This document shows, in pieces, positions 26,952 through 39,644 of a stretch of DNA of 64,000 nt; the stretch's first letter is position 1, and every line of letters starts with the position of its first letter. Source of the DNA: Paraspadella gotoi (lineage: Eukaryota; Animalia; Chaetognatha); the NCBI GenBank assembly GCA_051294375.1, contig CM119265.1, positions 21,700,278 to 21,764,277 on the forward strand, read 5' to 3'. The notes under the pieces were generated by a model, which saw nothing but the letters and a program-made list of their open reading frames with translations, searched no databases and was not told where the DNA came from. The translations under genes and the position numbers were made by a program.

Positions 26952-29434
26952 AAACTACTCTTTCAGAAACTACGAAGTGGCGGCTCAGGTGACGGAAGCG
27001 GGTACGGGATCCAAGCGTCGCAAGAAGACCGACATCTATTTGAACACCGATTACTTGGACATCGACATAGAGGAGGAGACCTTCAACTACCGGGCGGACT
27101 TGTCCGGGCAGGTCGTCCGCTTCGTGATTACGCATCGAGACGACGGGACTCCCGCCGTCGGCGAAATCATAGAGGCAGAGATAAAGAGTGACGAGGAGAT
27201 GATGTGGTCGAGGAACATGACGATCGGAAAGGACGGAAAATTGGAGGTTAAACGTCGCATTGCATTGTTTTTTTGTTTTGTTTTTTGTTTTATTTTTTAT
27301 TTTTTGCAGGGTAATGTACCTTTGAAGGTATTTTGTCATCGTCGCCTACGAAAGAGAGTGAGAGAGGGAGTGAGAGAGTTAGCTGTTAGAATCAGGAGTG
27401 CCGTACAAAGAAGTGATAAGTAAAAAAAATAAGTAAATATTAGTAGTTTTAGTAATAATCAGTACTTATTTAGGATTCATACATGTTGTACACTGTACAT
27501 TTGGGTGAAGTGAAAGTTTGGAATCAAAATTTAGCAGTTATATCTTGAAAACTATCATATTAGTGAATACTAATCTGTAATTATTTTTCTTGTATTTTTA
27601 TATTTTTATATTTTTTTTTACATATTAAAAAAAAATCAGGAGAATCATGACTGTGTTCAATAATAATAATAATAATGATAACAACAGTAAAAAGAATATT
27701 AACAATCTCCCACTTTTTTATTCTTTTTTTTAAGTATTTCTTTCCGATGTTTTTAGAGAATTCTTTTTTAATTGACAAAATCACTGCGACAATCAATCCC
27801 CTTAAGTTAACACCCATTATCCATTATCCTTTAGGTCCCTATTCCCCTTAACGCGACTCGTCACCCGCAACTCTACTTCGGATTCCGAGCGCGCACAACC
27901 GACGTGGGCCGAACTCAGTTGACTCCGGAGTTGATGTCCGAATTCAAGAGAAACGAAAAAATCTTGACGAATCACGACAGATTCCTTGATTCCCTCCCGT
28001 CCGACTCGGACATCGAATATTCGGAGATCCGGCGTTGGAGAGCAAAGATCGACGCCTCCTTGAAACTGGTCCCCGTGACGCCGCCCCGATGCGGCGAGAC
28101 GGCGAGAATCTCGGCGCTGTACAACGAGTCGGCGGCGCTGAGAGAAGTAGGCGGCGTCGAGATGACCTACTTGATCCTGGCGCGGAATCGGATCGTGGAT
28201 TCCGGCGTCGTGGAACTGCGAGGGATCGGCGCCGAGATCTCGTTCTTCGTCGACTCGGCGTTGACGCCGAGAGTCGGCGTCGTCGCCTTCGTCGTCAAAC
28301 CGGGCGGCGTCGTCGCTGATCATCTCCTATTCGACGTAGAACCCTGTTTCGACAACGCCGTTCGACTCGCGGTCGGTTTCGTCTTATGTGTAGTATAGTT
28401 AATTTAAGAGTAATCATTTTTGTTAAGCCTTTCCTTTTTGTTGTTTGTTTAGATTTAAATAAGACGAAATTTTTCGTGAAACAATTGAGTTTTTATTTTA
28501 GTACAAAAATTGGACATGTTTCGGCTCGGTTTTTTTGTTGAAATTCTGTGTTTTATTTTTTATTTTTTGCCTTTTATTTTTTTAAATTTTTTTTAGTTTT
28601 ATCACCCCAATTTTTTTTATACCGATTTTTGAGACGTCCATCATTTAGTCCGTATTTTATCGATAAAGATAAAAGCTTTGGTAATTAATTTTATTAGTCT
28701 ATAGCGATTCTTAAGTTAAGTATCAGCGCAATATTTTCATGCGGGGTTGAACCGTTTTTAATTCGCTCACAATCACACTCATGGCATCTAGGTGGGTACG
28801 CACGTCGGCGACGACGACGACGACGACGAAATCTTCTCCGGAAAACCTGGAGAAAACTTTACACTTAGCCTGAAGACCTTCTCACCTTCTTTTTGCGGGC
28901 TTCACGCGGTCAACGGAGGTCTTGAGGTCGACAAAGAAATCCAAAAAGTTTTGGGGAACAAGGTCCGCGGTTCGAAACATATGTAACACATATAAAATGG
29001 AATCAGAAAAAAATATCATGAAAGAATAGTCAAATTTACACGCTCGGTTCAAACGAGGACATTTAGCCTGCTCGCTGAGCAGTGCTCAGCTATAAAGTTG
29101 TTGTTCCTAAGTGTTGTTCCGAGATATTAAGAAAGTCAGTTGTTCTCATATTTTGATATTGCCCCCTTGGTTGATTATACGACCTTCCTCCACGCGTTCC
29201 AAGGTCTTGGGTCGTTTCCCTCGCGTCCACGACCCAGTCAAGCACTCTTGGAAGACCCACTGCAAAGATTTCGTGGAGAAGGGGAAGAGAGACTACAAGT
29301 ACCGCCCAAACAAAAACCTCGACGCTGCCGACAACTTCTTTTACGTTGACGTTCGGGTCGTCTCTAACTATGAAATGGTCACCAAGGGTTGCTACTATGA
29401 AAGGTAGGTGCAATGGAAAGTTCAGGATATGAGT

Positions 29435-29488
<54 letters not shown>

Positions 29489-32400
29489 TGGTGGAGTGAG
29501 AGAGTGTAAAAAATGAAAACAAGAACGGTAATTCAAATGTGTTGCGCCGCAGAGACTGCCTTATCACATATATTTTTTGTGACATGATATGACATGACAT
29601 GAAATGATATGACGATAATAATTTTTTAGCCCTTGTATTTATAAGACACACACTACATAGGAATTACGTCTTTTGTTCTTTATAGTTTTGGATTTCCTAG
29701 CTAGCTACAGTAGCATCCGTCTAGAATTTCTGAGACGGCAAGCTCTGTAACTCGAGTACAAATGATAATTTGAAAGAGAGTTTTGTCTTGTTATCGAGTA
29801 CTCATATGGCTACTCCCCCTTCGGTAAGCCATTGCTCTCTGACCACTTTTGGGACATAGCAGTTTATTGTAAAAGTTTACCTTGAGTGGGATTCGAATCC
29901 TACCATTCCATTCTGCGTCGAAGTCTTAGTTTTTAACCACTCGGCCATCTCGTTATTTAAAAAAAAAATTCAAAAACTCAATATAAATTTTGGTTTTTTT
30001 TTCTTTTTAGTCGGATCTGCTTTCAGTCCCTCAATCTTTGTCGGAAATTCACTTATATCATGTTAGAACATCGAATTATAACAAATTATGCAAAAAAAAA
30101 AGATGTCCGTCTGTCCGTCCGTCCATCCCACCTAAGCAAAAAAATACCAATTACTCGTGATTGGAAGAATGGATTGGAATGAAATTTTGTGTGTGGGTAG
30201 GAAAGTGTGTGATTGAGCTGGATATGAAGTTTCGATGGAATCGTCCAAGTGGAATAGTTAAATGGGAAAAAAAATTTACTATTTGAACACCAATTACTCA
30301 TGAGTGGATGGGGCAATTTATTTGAAATTTTGTATTTGGGTAGAAAAGTGTGTGATTAAGCTGGAAACCAAGTTTCGATGAAATCGTTTGAGTGGAAATG
30401 AGTTTAAATGGAAAAAACAAAACCAAACAAAAACAATTGATTATGTTTTTTTTTTCCTTTTTATATAAATGTAAATGCAAGATGTATTAATTAATTAAAT
30501 AATTAATCAGTTAATTAATCAGTCAATTAATCAATCAAAACAAACTTTCGGATCAAAATAAATTAATTTGTTAATTAATTAATTTAAAATTAATTAACTT
30601 AGTTAATTATTAATTAATTAATTACCGTTAATGATTGTGGCAGATCCGACATTGTTGCTCAAACTTGTTTATGTTACAACGTGTTATGATCTGTTAAGAT
30701 CAAAAATTGAAAGTCAGAAAACATTACCAAGAATTAGCCTATTTATTATTATTGATACAATAGGCGACCATGTATAAAAACAGTTTCAGTTTTTCACAAT
30801 AAGCAACTCGTTAAAAACACCTAATAAAACACCTTAAAGCAACGTGAAAATGTTCAACGTCGCAGCTTTGACTTTTCCTCAATTTCAAAATAAGCCAGAT
30901 ATTCGCTTTCTTCGTATTAATCGTCGTCGTTGCGACGTTCTGTCACGAATCGGGAAACTTGGGACTTGGATGTCAAAATCTCTGCCTTCAAACGTTGAAT
31001 ATTGTTTTCCCCCCAAAAATTAAAAGCAAACCTAAAGCTTTATATAATTTAATTTGTACAATTTTTTTTTGGAAAATCATTTGGCCGAGTGCTTGCGCGC
31101 CGGATTTGAACGTTATGAAAAGGCTTCAGGTTCAAATCTGGCTGAAGCTCCTTTTTCAATAAGTTGTGATGTCCCAAAATTGGTCGTAGAGCCAATGGCT
31201 TACCGAAGGGGGAGTAGCCACATGTGTACTCTATATCAAGACAAAAGCTCTCTTTAAAATCATCATTTGTACTCGAGTTACAGAGCTTGCCGTCTCAGAA
31301 GAAATTCTAGACGGATGCTACTGTAGCTAGCTAGCTAGCAGTCCCTTACATTTGAGGTTTTTTCCTGTCTCAACAAATGAGCAAGTAATTATAAATTTTA
31401 ACGTAAGTGGGACAGACCGATGTCCAGACATACCGACAGACCGACCGACCGAAAAGTGACTTAAAGAGTTGCTCCGCGAGTACTCGCGGCGCAATTAAAA
31501 AGAAAGAGAGAAAGATTGAGAAAAAGAAAGAGAGAGATAAAGGCCAAGAGAGAAAGGAAAAAGATTCCTCCATTTTTCAAAGGTGGGCGTTTTACAAGGA
31601 AGAAGAACCCGACGAGATGCCGGAAATCTACGGCGGCGACAAAACCAACGACGCCGCCCTCTACGTCAGAGCCAACTTTCCCGACGCTTGGCTCTGGCGC
31701 CTGCTTCAAGTTCCCGCCGGCGAATCGACGACGCCGGCGCGGTTGCCGGACCAAGTCGGTCAATGGCGTCTCGGCGCCGTCTGCCTCTCCGGCGACCGCG
31801 GTCTCGGCGTCGCGCCGGAAGCGCCCGTCAGTACGAAGAGGCCGTTGACGGCGCGGCTCCGCGGGCCGGATATGATGCGGCGCGGAGAGTCGTCGCTGGC
31901 GAATTTGACGACGACGAGTTTGAGCGAAGGATGTCGAGCGGTGGAGATGAGGATTAAAGGGAAAGGATTTCTCTTGGAGGATCGAGGAGAAGGAAACGTG
32001 GTAAGCTTAACCAATCGTAGCGTTATGCTTGGTGCTTGAGGCGGTTTTGGTTGCTAATGGGAACGCTTCAAAATAATGTGTTTTTGATTGTTCATTCTTT
32101 ATTTTGTTACATTTGTTGGAGTGTAGCGAATTGCTTACAAGTAGTCACAGTGACTATCCACAACCATATCTACAACATCTCTTGTTCTTTTGTTCTGTGG
32201 ATATTTTAATATTTTGTTTACTTTTGTTCATTTTATTTTTCTAGTATTTAAATTTTTAATTCATTATTGAAGTCTTTCGATTACTGAGCGTTTTAATCTT
32301 TTGTTCACTGTTTTCTCTTTACTCTCAAGAGCTGCCTGTGTGGTGTCGGTGCGACAGTCACTCGACACTTTCTATTGACGCCCGTCGCCCTCGGTGTCCT

Positions 32401-35400
32401 CGATCTTTCCGCGGAAGTCGCGTCGACCTCGAAGAGCCGCGTCTGCGGCGACGACGCCGGAATTAAGGACGATTGCGGCGTCGTGGGCGCCGACCAAAAA
32501 CTGGTCGTCGCCGGAGAGGGATTTAAAAGGGTTAGTCTGTGGAATAATAAAAAAAACAAAAGAACTAGAGATGGAATAAGAAGATGTGCCGCGAAACGAT
32601 ATTGATTCTAAGTTAGATTCTAACTCATCGTTAATCTAATTTGCATCTGGTAATAGTTCGATTTATTTTTTTTATTGGGTTTTCTTAAATTTTTTTATTT
32701 TTTCATTGGGGTCTATTTTGTTAATAATTTTAGTTTGATTAAAAAACACAATGTCTTGTGCATTAATTAAAAAAAAAAGACGAAGAGCAGTCAAAAGGAC
32801 AACGATTCAAATTTCGTTCCAAAGCTATGCCTAATATTGCCTATGGTAGTTGATCAATTTCTCCCCGTCCCATAATTCAGGAAGCGATCGTCTCAAAATT
32901 GATTTGCTTCCACAACTCTTCACTTGTCAACGCTTCGAATTTTGAGCTTGACATTTCCGACGCCATCCCCGGATCGATCCGCCCGCGTCTTCGAGTGGCC
33001 GGCGGGATCACCATCCTCACTGCGGCACACCTGGAACGGGTCGTCGATCTCCCGGCCCAAAACTGCGAACACCAGCTCCTCTTAACGATGCCCAGCCTCT
33101 TCGTTCTGGAGAGCGAGAACAAGAACAACAACAACAACAGCGAGAATTACGGCCCGGCGCGCGATAACCTCGTCAAGGGCTACACGGAGACCATTGACTT
33201 TCAAACGATGGACTACTTCGAGCTGTGGATGTGGTCTTTCAGGCCTAGCGTCTGGATGACGGCCGCCGTGGTGAAGATGCTGGGCAGAGCCGAGGCCTTC
33301 ATCGCTCTGAACAAAGACACTCTGGCGAAGGCAGTGGAGTTTATAGAGGGAGAACAAAAGGTCGACGGATCATTCGAGGAGACGCCGAGGGATAAGGAGG
33401 TCGCTGGAGGGTGCAGGGTGGGGTGTTAGGACAGGAATAGGTAGGGGAATATAATATGGTTATTTCTTTTTCTTATCAATTCGAAGATTTGTGTAGTACT
33501 GTGTGAATTTACACTTGAACATTGACAAACGAAGAATAGAAAGAATAACTGTATGAAATTGGTACAACCAATATAATCATTTAATCATATAATCATTTAC
33601 CTCACGGTGAAAACTTTATTCTCGTGACTAGGCATTACTCAAGAGCTCCTACCCCCGCAGATTTTGCACGCCTACCACGAAATCGGACGGAGCGGAAAAA
33701 TTGGAGTCACCGCGGCTCTCACCGCCTTCTGCGTCGTCGGGCTGCTGGATTCAGGGCTGCGGGTTGGGACGAACGAGTCGGTGCGCCGCGGCACCGACTT
33801 TCTCCTCACTCTCCGACCCACCGATCTCGACTCTTACGCGCTGGCGATGAGCGGCTACGCACTTGCCAGCGCCGGGGTCGCCGCCAACGAGACGGCGCCG
33901 TGGCGACGCGCTCTCCGATCCAGGATGACGAGCGACGATGTCGGACGCAAATTTTGGCGCCGGAAAATTCTTGAAGAGCGGCGCCGATCGAGTCCCGGAG
34001 CCGACGTGGAGACTACGGCTTACGCTTTGATGTGGATGCTGATTGACGAGGACGACGACAGCGGCGGCGTCGGCCGCGATGACAGCGACGGCGTCAGCGG
34101 AGGCGTCAGCGATGGCGGCAGGGTTGTCCATGACGTCGTTAGGTGGTTGGTGTCGCAAATGAATATTCGTGGAGGATTTTATTCATCGCAGGATTCGGTC
34201 ATCGGTAATGGGGTCGAGTGCACTCGGCTGCCTCAATCGATCGAATCAATTTATCAGATCAATCAAATCAAAACGATCAATCATTTCCCAGGGCTTGAAG
34301 CGCTCCACAAGGCCGAAAGTAAACTTGGCTTGAAAAATGGTGAAAATCTAACCCTCAAATGGACGGATGCATCGGGCAAACCGTTGCTTAACCTCTCCAT
34401 TTCTGAGGACCACGGGTAAGGGACGAAAATATATATTTTTTTTTGTATTAAATCGATAGAAAAATTTTAGTGTAGTAAATGATTATCACAGAATTCCGCT
34501 GGAAGATAATTCGCTGCTTCGTGTTCCGACTTCGCCTCGATTAACGATGACTTCGGAGACTCCGAGCAACTCCTGCGTCGTGGCGCAATATTTGGTCGAG
34601 TACAACACCTTCAATCCCTTCAAGGGGAAGTTCAAAGCCTCAAAGGTTGGCGTCTGGGTTCATGATTTCGGTTCTTTTTTTAAACCGATAATAAAATAAA
34701 ACGCGAAGACACTTTTAATTCTAACAAATATCAACCGCTACATTTTAATTACGTGCATTTTCCAATATAATGTTTAAGAAGCTAACTAAATTGATTTAAT
34801 TAAAGTCTAAACTGTTGACTTTTTTTTTGTGAGCGCAATTAAAGCTTCTCTTTCTCTATTAATCCATTTTCACCTCCACATTTCCTCAAACCTCCTCGTC
34901 TTCAGCCTCCCGCCATCTCAATCCGCGTCGCCGCCGAAAAGCAGACTTATCGCGACAACGACCACAACGCCCTCCTCGACGTGATGCTCTGCGTCGAATA
35001 CGCCGGATTCGGACCTTCGGGCCTCGTCGTTGTCCAGCTCGACTTCGTCTCGGGATGGGCGCCGACCCAAGACAAAATACAGGGATCCGGAAGTAGGCGT
35101 GGTTAGAGTTTAGAGACTCGAGTAAATTGTACGAGTTGAGGGGATCGGTTTGAGTACAACTTCGGAGAGAACTGTGTTAGAAAAGACAGCACATTGAATG
35201 TATGTATGTCAGTTCACAAAGATAAAAGTTAATTCGGAAAGAAGTTTTGAAAACTTGACTCAATCTGGGGGAAAAAAAAACCAAAAACTTGGGATTCGAA
35301 GGTTTTTGTTTCACTGAATATGGTAAAATTGGATTCTCTTTTACAAGTAGTTGTATTATGAACTACCTAATAGTACGATCTAATAGCTCTTTGATTGAAT

Positions 35401-36194
35401 GCTTATTCTTAGGAGATCAAGTTGAACACCGACAAGTAATGGAGGAAGAGGAGAAAGTGATTTTTTACGTGGTAGAACTCGGCGGGGAGAAGAAGCAAGC
35501 GTGTTGGCGACAGAATGCTCGGCGGAAATACAGGGTCGGTTGGGATTGAAGAGACGCGGTTAGGTTATGGTTTTGAATGATTATTGGTCTAATAATGATA
35601 TGATTAATAATATAAAACTAGCAAGGTTAAAATTCTAATATTTTTCGGTAAAAAGTTCATGAAAGTGTTTTAAAATTCTGTTTTAAAATTTAAACTACCT
35701 GACGGAATGCTTCAAATTTGGGATTTGAGATTTTTTTTAAAAAAAATCTTTACACAGAAAATTCTCTAAAATCGATGGGTTACATCAGCGCAGATGTAAT
35801 AACTTAGAAGAGTAAGACAATTAAACTTTTAGGCAGATTTTGTGTTACCGGTATTAGCTGACAATCCCCGTTATCGGGGGTCCTACCAGGACGCAAGGGT
35901 ATTCTTGATAACAACAACGGCGACGACGTAAATGTGAATTTAACTAAAAAAATTAATACAAATGTGAAATCGAACAACGACTACAACGATTATTTTTTTC
36001 AGGTAGAGAATCCGCAACCGGGCGTCGCCTCCGCGTTTCTCTACTACGAACCCCATGTCTCTATGTCCGTCAAATTCACGATGGACGTTGACGAAGACGA
36101 CGAAGGAGGCGACGCGACGAGGACGAAAGCGACGGTTCTTTGGACGGCGGTGGCGCTGGCAATCGTCTTCACGAAAAATTATATTCACGAATGA
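24119..36194 (+). CDS. Second, divergent A2M/CD109-like TEP paralogue lacking the canonical thioester motif; signal peptide and hydrophobic C-tail
   Basis: Exon 1 MFGLILLMFVLTSKLQ (24119-24166) and exon 2 AKMMYLLTVPRL (from 24398) mirror the first TEP gene. Further motifs: TPRVGVVAFVV...VVADHLLFDVEPCFDN; SFCGLHAVN; RANFPDAWLW; LPAQNCEHQ at the thioester position (33058-33072); VWMTAAVVKML; DVETTAYAL; GGFYSSQDSVIG; FLYYEP; tail VLWTAVALAIVF. Confidence 0.9.
24965..25190 (-). repeat. Dispersed SINE-like repeat (family B), longest copy
   Basis: Shares its right part with 17890-17997 and its left part with 37633-37729. Confidence 0.75.
26205..26430 (+). mobile_element. tRNA-derived SINE
   Basis: A box TGGCTCAGTGG (~26217) and B box GGTTCGAGCCC (~26255) at tRNA-like spacing, followed by a ~160-bp GC-rich body and an A-rich end, inside an AT-rich intron. 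Confidence 0.7.
29708..31323. mobile_element. Non-autonomous Tc1/mariner-type TIR element (1616 bp, TA target duplication)
   Basis: ta|CAGTAGCATCCGTCTAGAA ... TTCTAGACGGATGCTACTG|ta. The TIRs are closely matched for ~130 bp and recognisable to ~245 bp. There is no transposase ORF. The interior has a ~130-bp tandem duplication (30146-30410) and an AATT-rich array. Confidence 0.88.
31345..31497 (+). repeat. Repeat related to the 18310-18639 foldback, ending in the palindrome ccgcgagtactcgcgg
   Basis: ttgaggttttttcctgtct.aacaaat.agcaa and tgggacagacc are shared with the arm at 18388-18480. It also contains (gacc/gaca)n repeats. Confidence 0.7.
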
Positions 36195-37632
36195 GATTTA
36201 TCACTTTAGTTGCATTTGTTTGTGCACTGGTGCACTGGTGTTTTTAGTCGTTTATTCCAAGTTGAAAAATATACAAATTTTGAAATTAGACGGTATTTTA
36301 AAACGGAGAGAGAAAGAGAGAGAGAGAGAGAAATTGCGTGAAAAAAGAGAAACACTTTGCTGGAGCACAGATTGGCCAACCTCAACAAATTAATTTGTTA
36401 AATGTTTGTCATGTCATGTTTTTCCCTGTATATTCGAATTTCAGTGTGACCTATCGTCTTACTGAGACACTCTGAATAAAATTGACAGTAATTATTTAAC
36501 TTTCCTGAAGAATAAAGAGGATTTCGAGTCGAGTAGGCGTAGGCGTTTGTCTCCTGGTGACGGAATGTTTCTAAAAATATCGAAAACAATGGATATTTTC
36601 TAATGATGTAATATTACTCATACGTTTCATTATTCATTCCCGTAGACTGCGGAGGGGCGAGTAGTTGTAGTAGTACCTGGCTGTCTCTTCTATTAATTTC
36701 TCTAGCTAGCACAACGAGAAATAACATAATAAATATATAAATAAATAAGAAATAAATTTTTCGCAGATGTAGGGGACATTTTAAATTTTTGTTTAAACTT
36801 CTCCCACTATTAGTCGGGCCCTATACAAAAGTCATGTAGAAAATAATTCCAGCAATTTTGGGTATTTTTTTATTTATTTTTTTAAATTTATTTATTTTTC
36901 TCTTTTTCTTTGTTCCATGGGCTCGTTTCTACTTTTTAATTCCCCGAACCCTTAAACTATGTTGACTTGATGAGGCTGTCCGCGTCCTTTCTCGTCGAAG
37001 TTACTCACTTTCGTGTGAATTATAATCCTTAATTAAAAAAATGAGTAATTAGTCTCGAGGTAAGTTCGTCAGTCTAAAGACGGGGATTTCTCTATATTAT
37101 AAATATATACTATAAACTATACTATACTATATACTATAAACTATACTATAAATAGACTACGGGATCAAAAGGGAATTTTAAATTAAATGACGTGACGGGA
37201 TTTATCTCGTCACTGGCAAATTGAAACAAAAGGTTTCCACTCATCAGTTCTTTTGTTTCTCGATATTCGAATTTATTTCATCTGCAATAATCTTAGTTAA
37301 TCACTTTTTATTCTATATATATATATATATGATAAAAAGTGTACTCAAAATACTAGCTACCGTAGTCGTTTTTTTTTTAAACGAAACCCTCGGTCTTTCG
37401 TTGGAAGCCTCGATGTTCGATCCCACGCCCCTGGAATCGATCGGAGGAAACGGAAGAAAGAAAACGAGAAAAGATCGAGGATGAGCTCGAGCGAGAATCG
37501 AAAATCGGATTGTGACGATCGAAGCCCTTTGTTCCTTTGTGTTTTTTTCCCCGCGCGGTTCACTTCAAGAGAAACAATAGCAATTACGCCTTACGGTTTC
37601 CGAGAAAAAAAACGGAGAGGAAATAGAACTGC

Positions 37633-37729
37633 GTATGGCAACAGCCGGGTTGCCTCTGATGCCCATTGGGATGGGGCATCTCACTGTTGGCTTTGGGGGC
37701 TTCCGACCCTCAGTGACGCCTCCAGTCAC
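37633..37729 (-). repeat. Family B SINE-like 3' fragment
   Basis: tatggcaacagccgggtt...tgggggcttccgacc.tcagtgacgcctccagtcac matches 24969-25024 with an internal insertion. Confidence 0.75.
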
Positions 37730-38214
37730 ATGCGTTTAATTAAACGCTTTAAATCGAGTATTGATTGTGAATGGCCATAGTAGTTCCATTTTAACTCAAG
37801 TGTTAAGAAGCTTTTTATGCATAATAAGAAAAAACGGGTTCCAGCGTCCGGACAAAAAAAAAAACATCGTCCTTGACAATCAACTTGTCCTTCGAAATCA
37901 AAGAGGTTAAAAAAAATTGTTTTTTTTCTCGATAACATGCAATACTTATGCACTCGTAAAATCAAAAGCCACTGGTCTTCCGTTGGAATTAAATCCAATA
38001 CTTTTTAACTTTAAAAGTTTCCAACCAAAATCGGTTTTCGAGTCGAAGGTCCCCTTAATTCCATTCTCTTCTCCGGTTTCCGTTCCTCGTCTCAACATTT
38101 GTTTTCGTCCTCGTCTTTTTAATAGAATTCAAAGATAAATACTGAATCAATTAAAGGTATCCTTTTGAGGCTCTCCTCTCACCCAGACCTCAGAATACGT
38201 GATTCGTCCGAGAC

Positions 38215-38332
<118 letters not shown>

Positions 38333-38752
38333 TCCATTCATTCTCTCTTCACTATTGATGTATTTTTTTACCCCTTTTGAATTCTAACACTTTTTTTTTC
38401 TGGGGTGTCGTCTATTGTACAAATATTCTGTCCTATTGTGACCAAAATACCTAAATAAAGTTAAAAAAAAGCGAAAGATAAAAATAGTTTTTTTTTTTTT
38501 CAGCGCGTCACGCATCACAAATTGATTTAAAACTGAGCAACTCACGTCTCACAATTCACAACCCACCTTCTTTTTGTCGATAAAGTATTCCAACTCATTT
38601 CTCGGGTAGGTGAAATGTCTGCAGGAATATTATCCCGTTAAATATTTCAATTTGAAAAGACGGTAACAGTTTTTTTTTTCTTCCGTCGAAATTTCTGGCT
38701 TCACCGCTGAAGCCCGAGTTTCGCAGTCGTCAACAGACGCCGACGGAAACCC

Positions 38753-38803
<51 letters not shown>

Positions 38804-38990
38804 ATGACATCAATGATACCGTCGTTATTCATTGTTTCCTGACCTACGCGATGAACCGGAACGAATCGCGCTATAAAAGATTCCTGAATTTATCTCAATT
38901 CGTAGATTCTTAATTTTCGATAGTTATACACTTTTTTTCATAACCACCCGGTATTTCAGATTCAAATTCTTACTCAAAATCGTCAAGAAG

Positions 38991-39603
38991 ATGAAAAATT
39001 CTTTGCCCCGATTTCTGCTCCTTTGTTTAGTTTTCGTCGCTTCGTTCGCAAAGGTAAGTAAAATATTTAAATTTGAATTTTCTGTTTAAAAAAAAAAATT
39101 AAAATTAAAAACTGTAAGGAAGAACCAGTTAATGTTATCGACCCCGAGTTTTTTTTATAAATTATAATGACAAAACTATGAATATTATCATAGAGAATTG
39201 TTTCAGCTACGTTCTACTAGTATAATCGAGTTTTAAGCATTTCACTATTGGATAATAATATAATTGAAGCTGTCGATGAAATCAAAAGCAGTTTTTGTCT
39301 CAATTCAAAATCGTCCTTCAAAGTTGACAACGATTTCGTTACACAGATCAACGGACACGGTTACCTCATTGAACCGCCTGGCCGATCGTCGGCATGGAGA
39401 AAGGGATTCGACACTCCCAGAAATATCGACGACAACGAGGTTCAGTCTCTTTTTTCTTTCTATCTATCTATCCATCTATCTGTTTGTCTATCTATCTATC
39501 TATCTATCTATCTATTTTTCTTTACATCTATCTTTTTTTTATTCTCTCTGTTTTTTTCTTTCTTTCTTTTTTTCTTTCTTTCTTTCTTTTACGTTTCTTT
39601 TCC

Positions 39604-39644
<41 letters not shown>

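Noticed and set aside
29878-29953. Possible tRNA genes here, at 31081-31150 and at 26205-26270
   Set aside because: A and B boxes are present but I could not fold a proper cloverleaf with an anticodon arm. They lie within repeats and are treated as tRNA-derived modules.
30490-30625. AATT/TTAA periodic array considered as a CRISPR-like or structured repeat
   Set aside because: It is a low-complexity palindromic AT repeat without unique spacers, inside a eukaryotic transposon.
37230-37250. Minus-strand CTGATGAGTGGAAAC resembling a hammerhead core
   Set aside because: There is no room for stem II and no cleavage triplet or stem I pairing.
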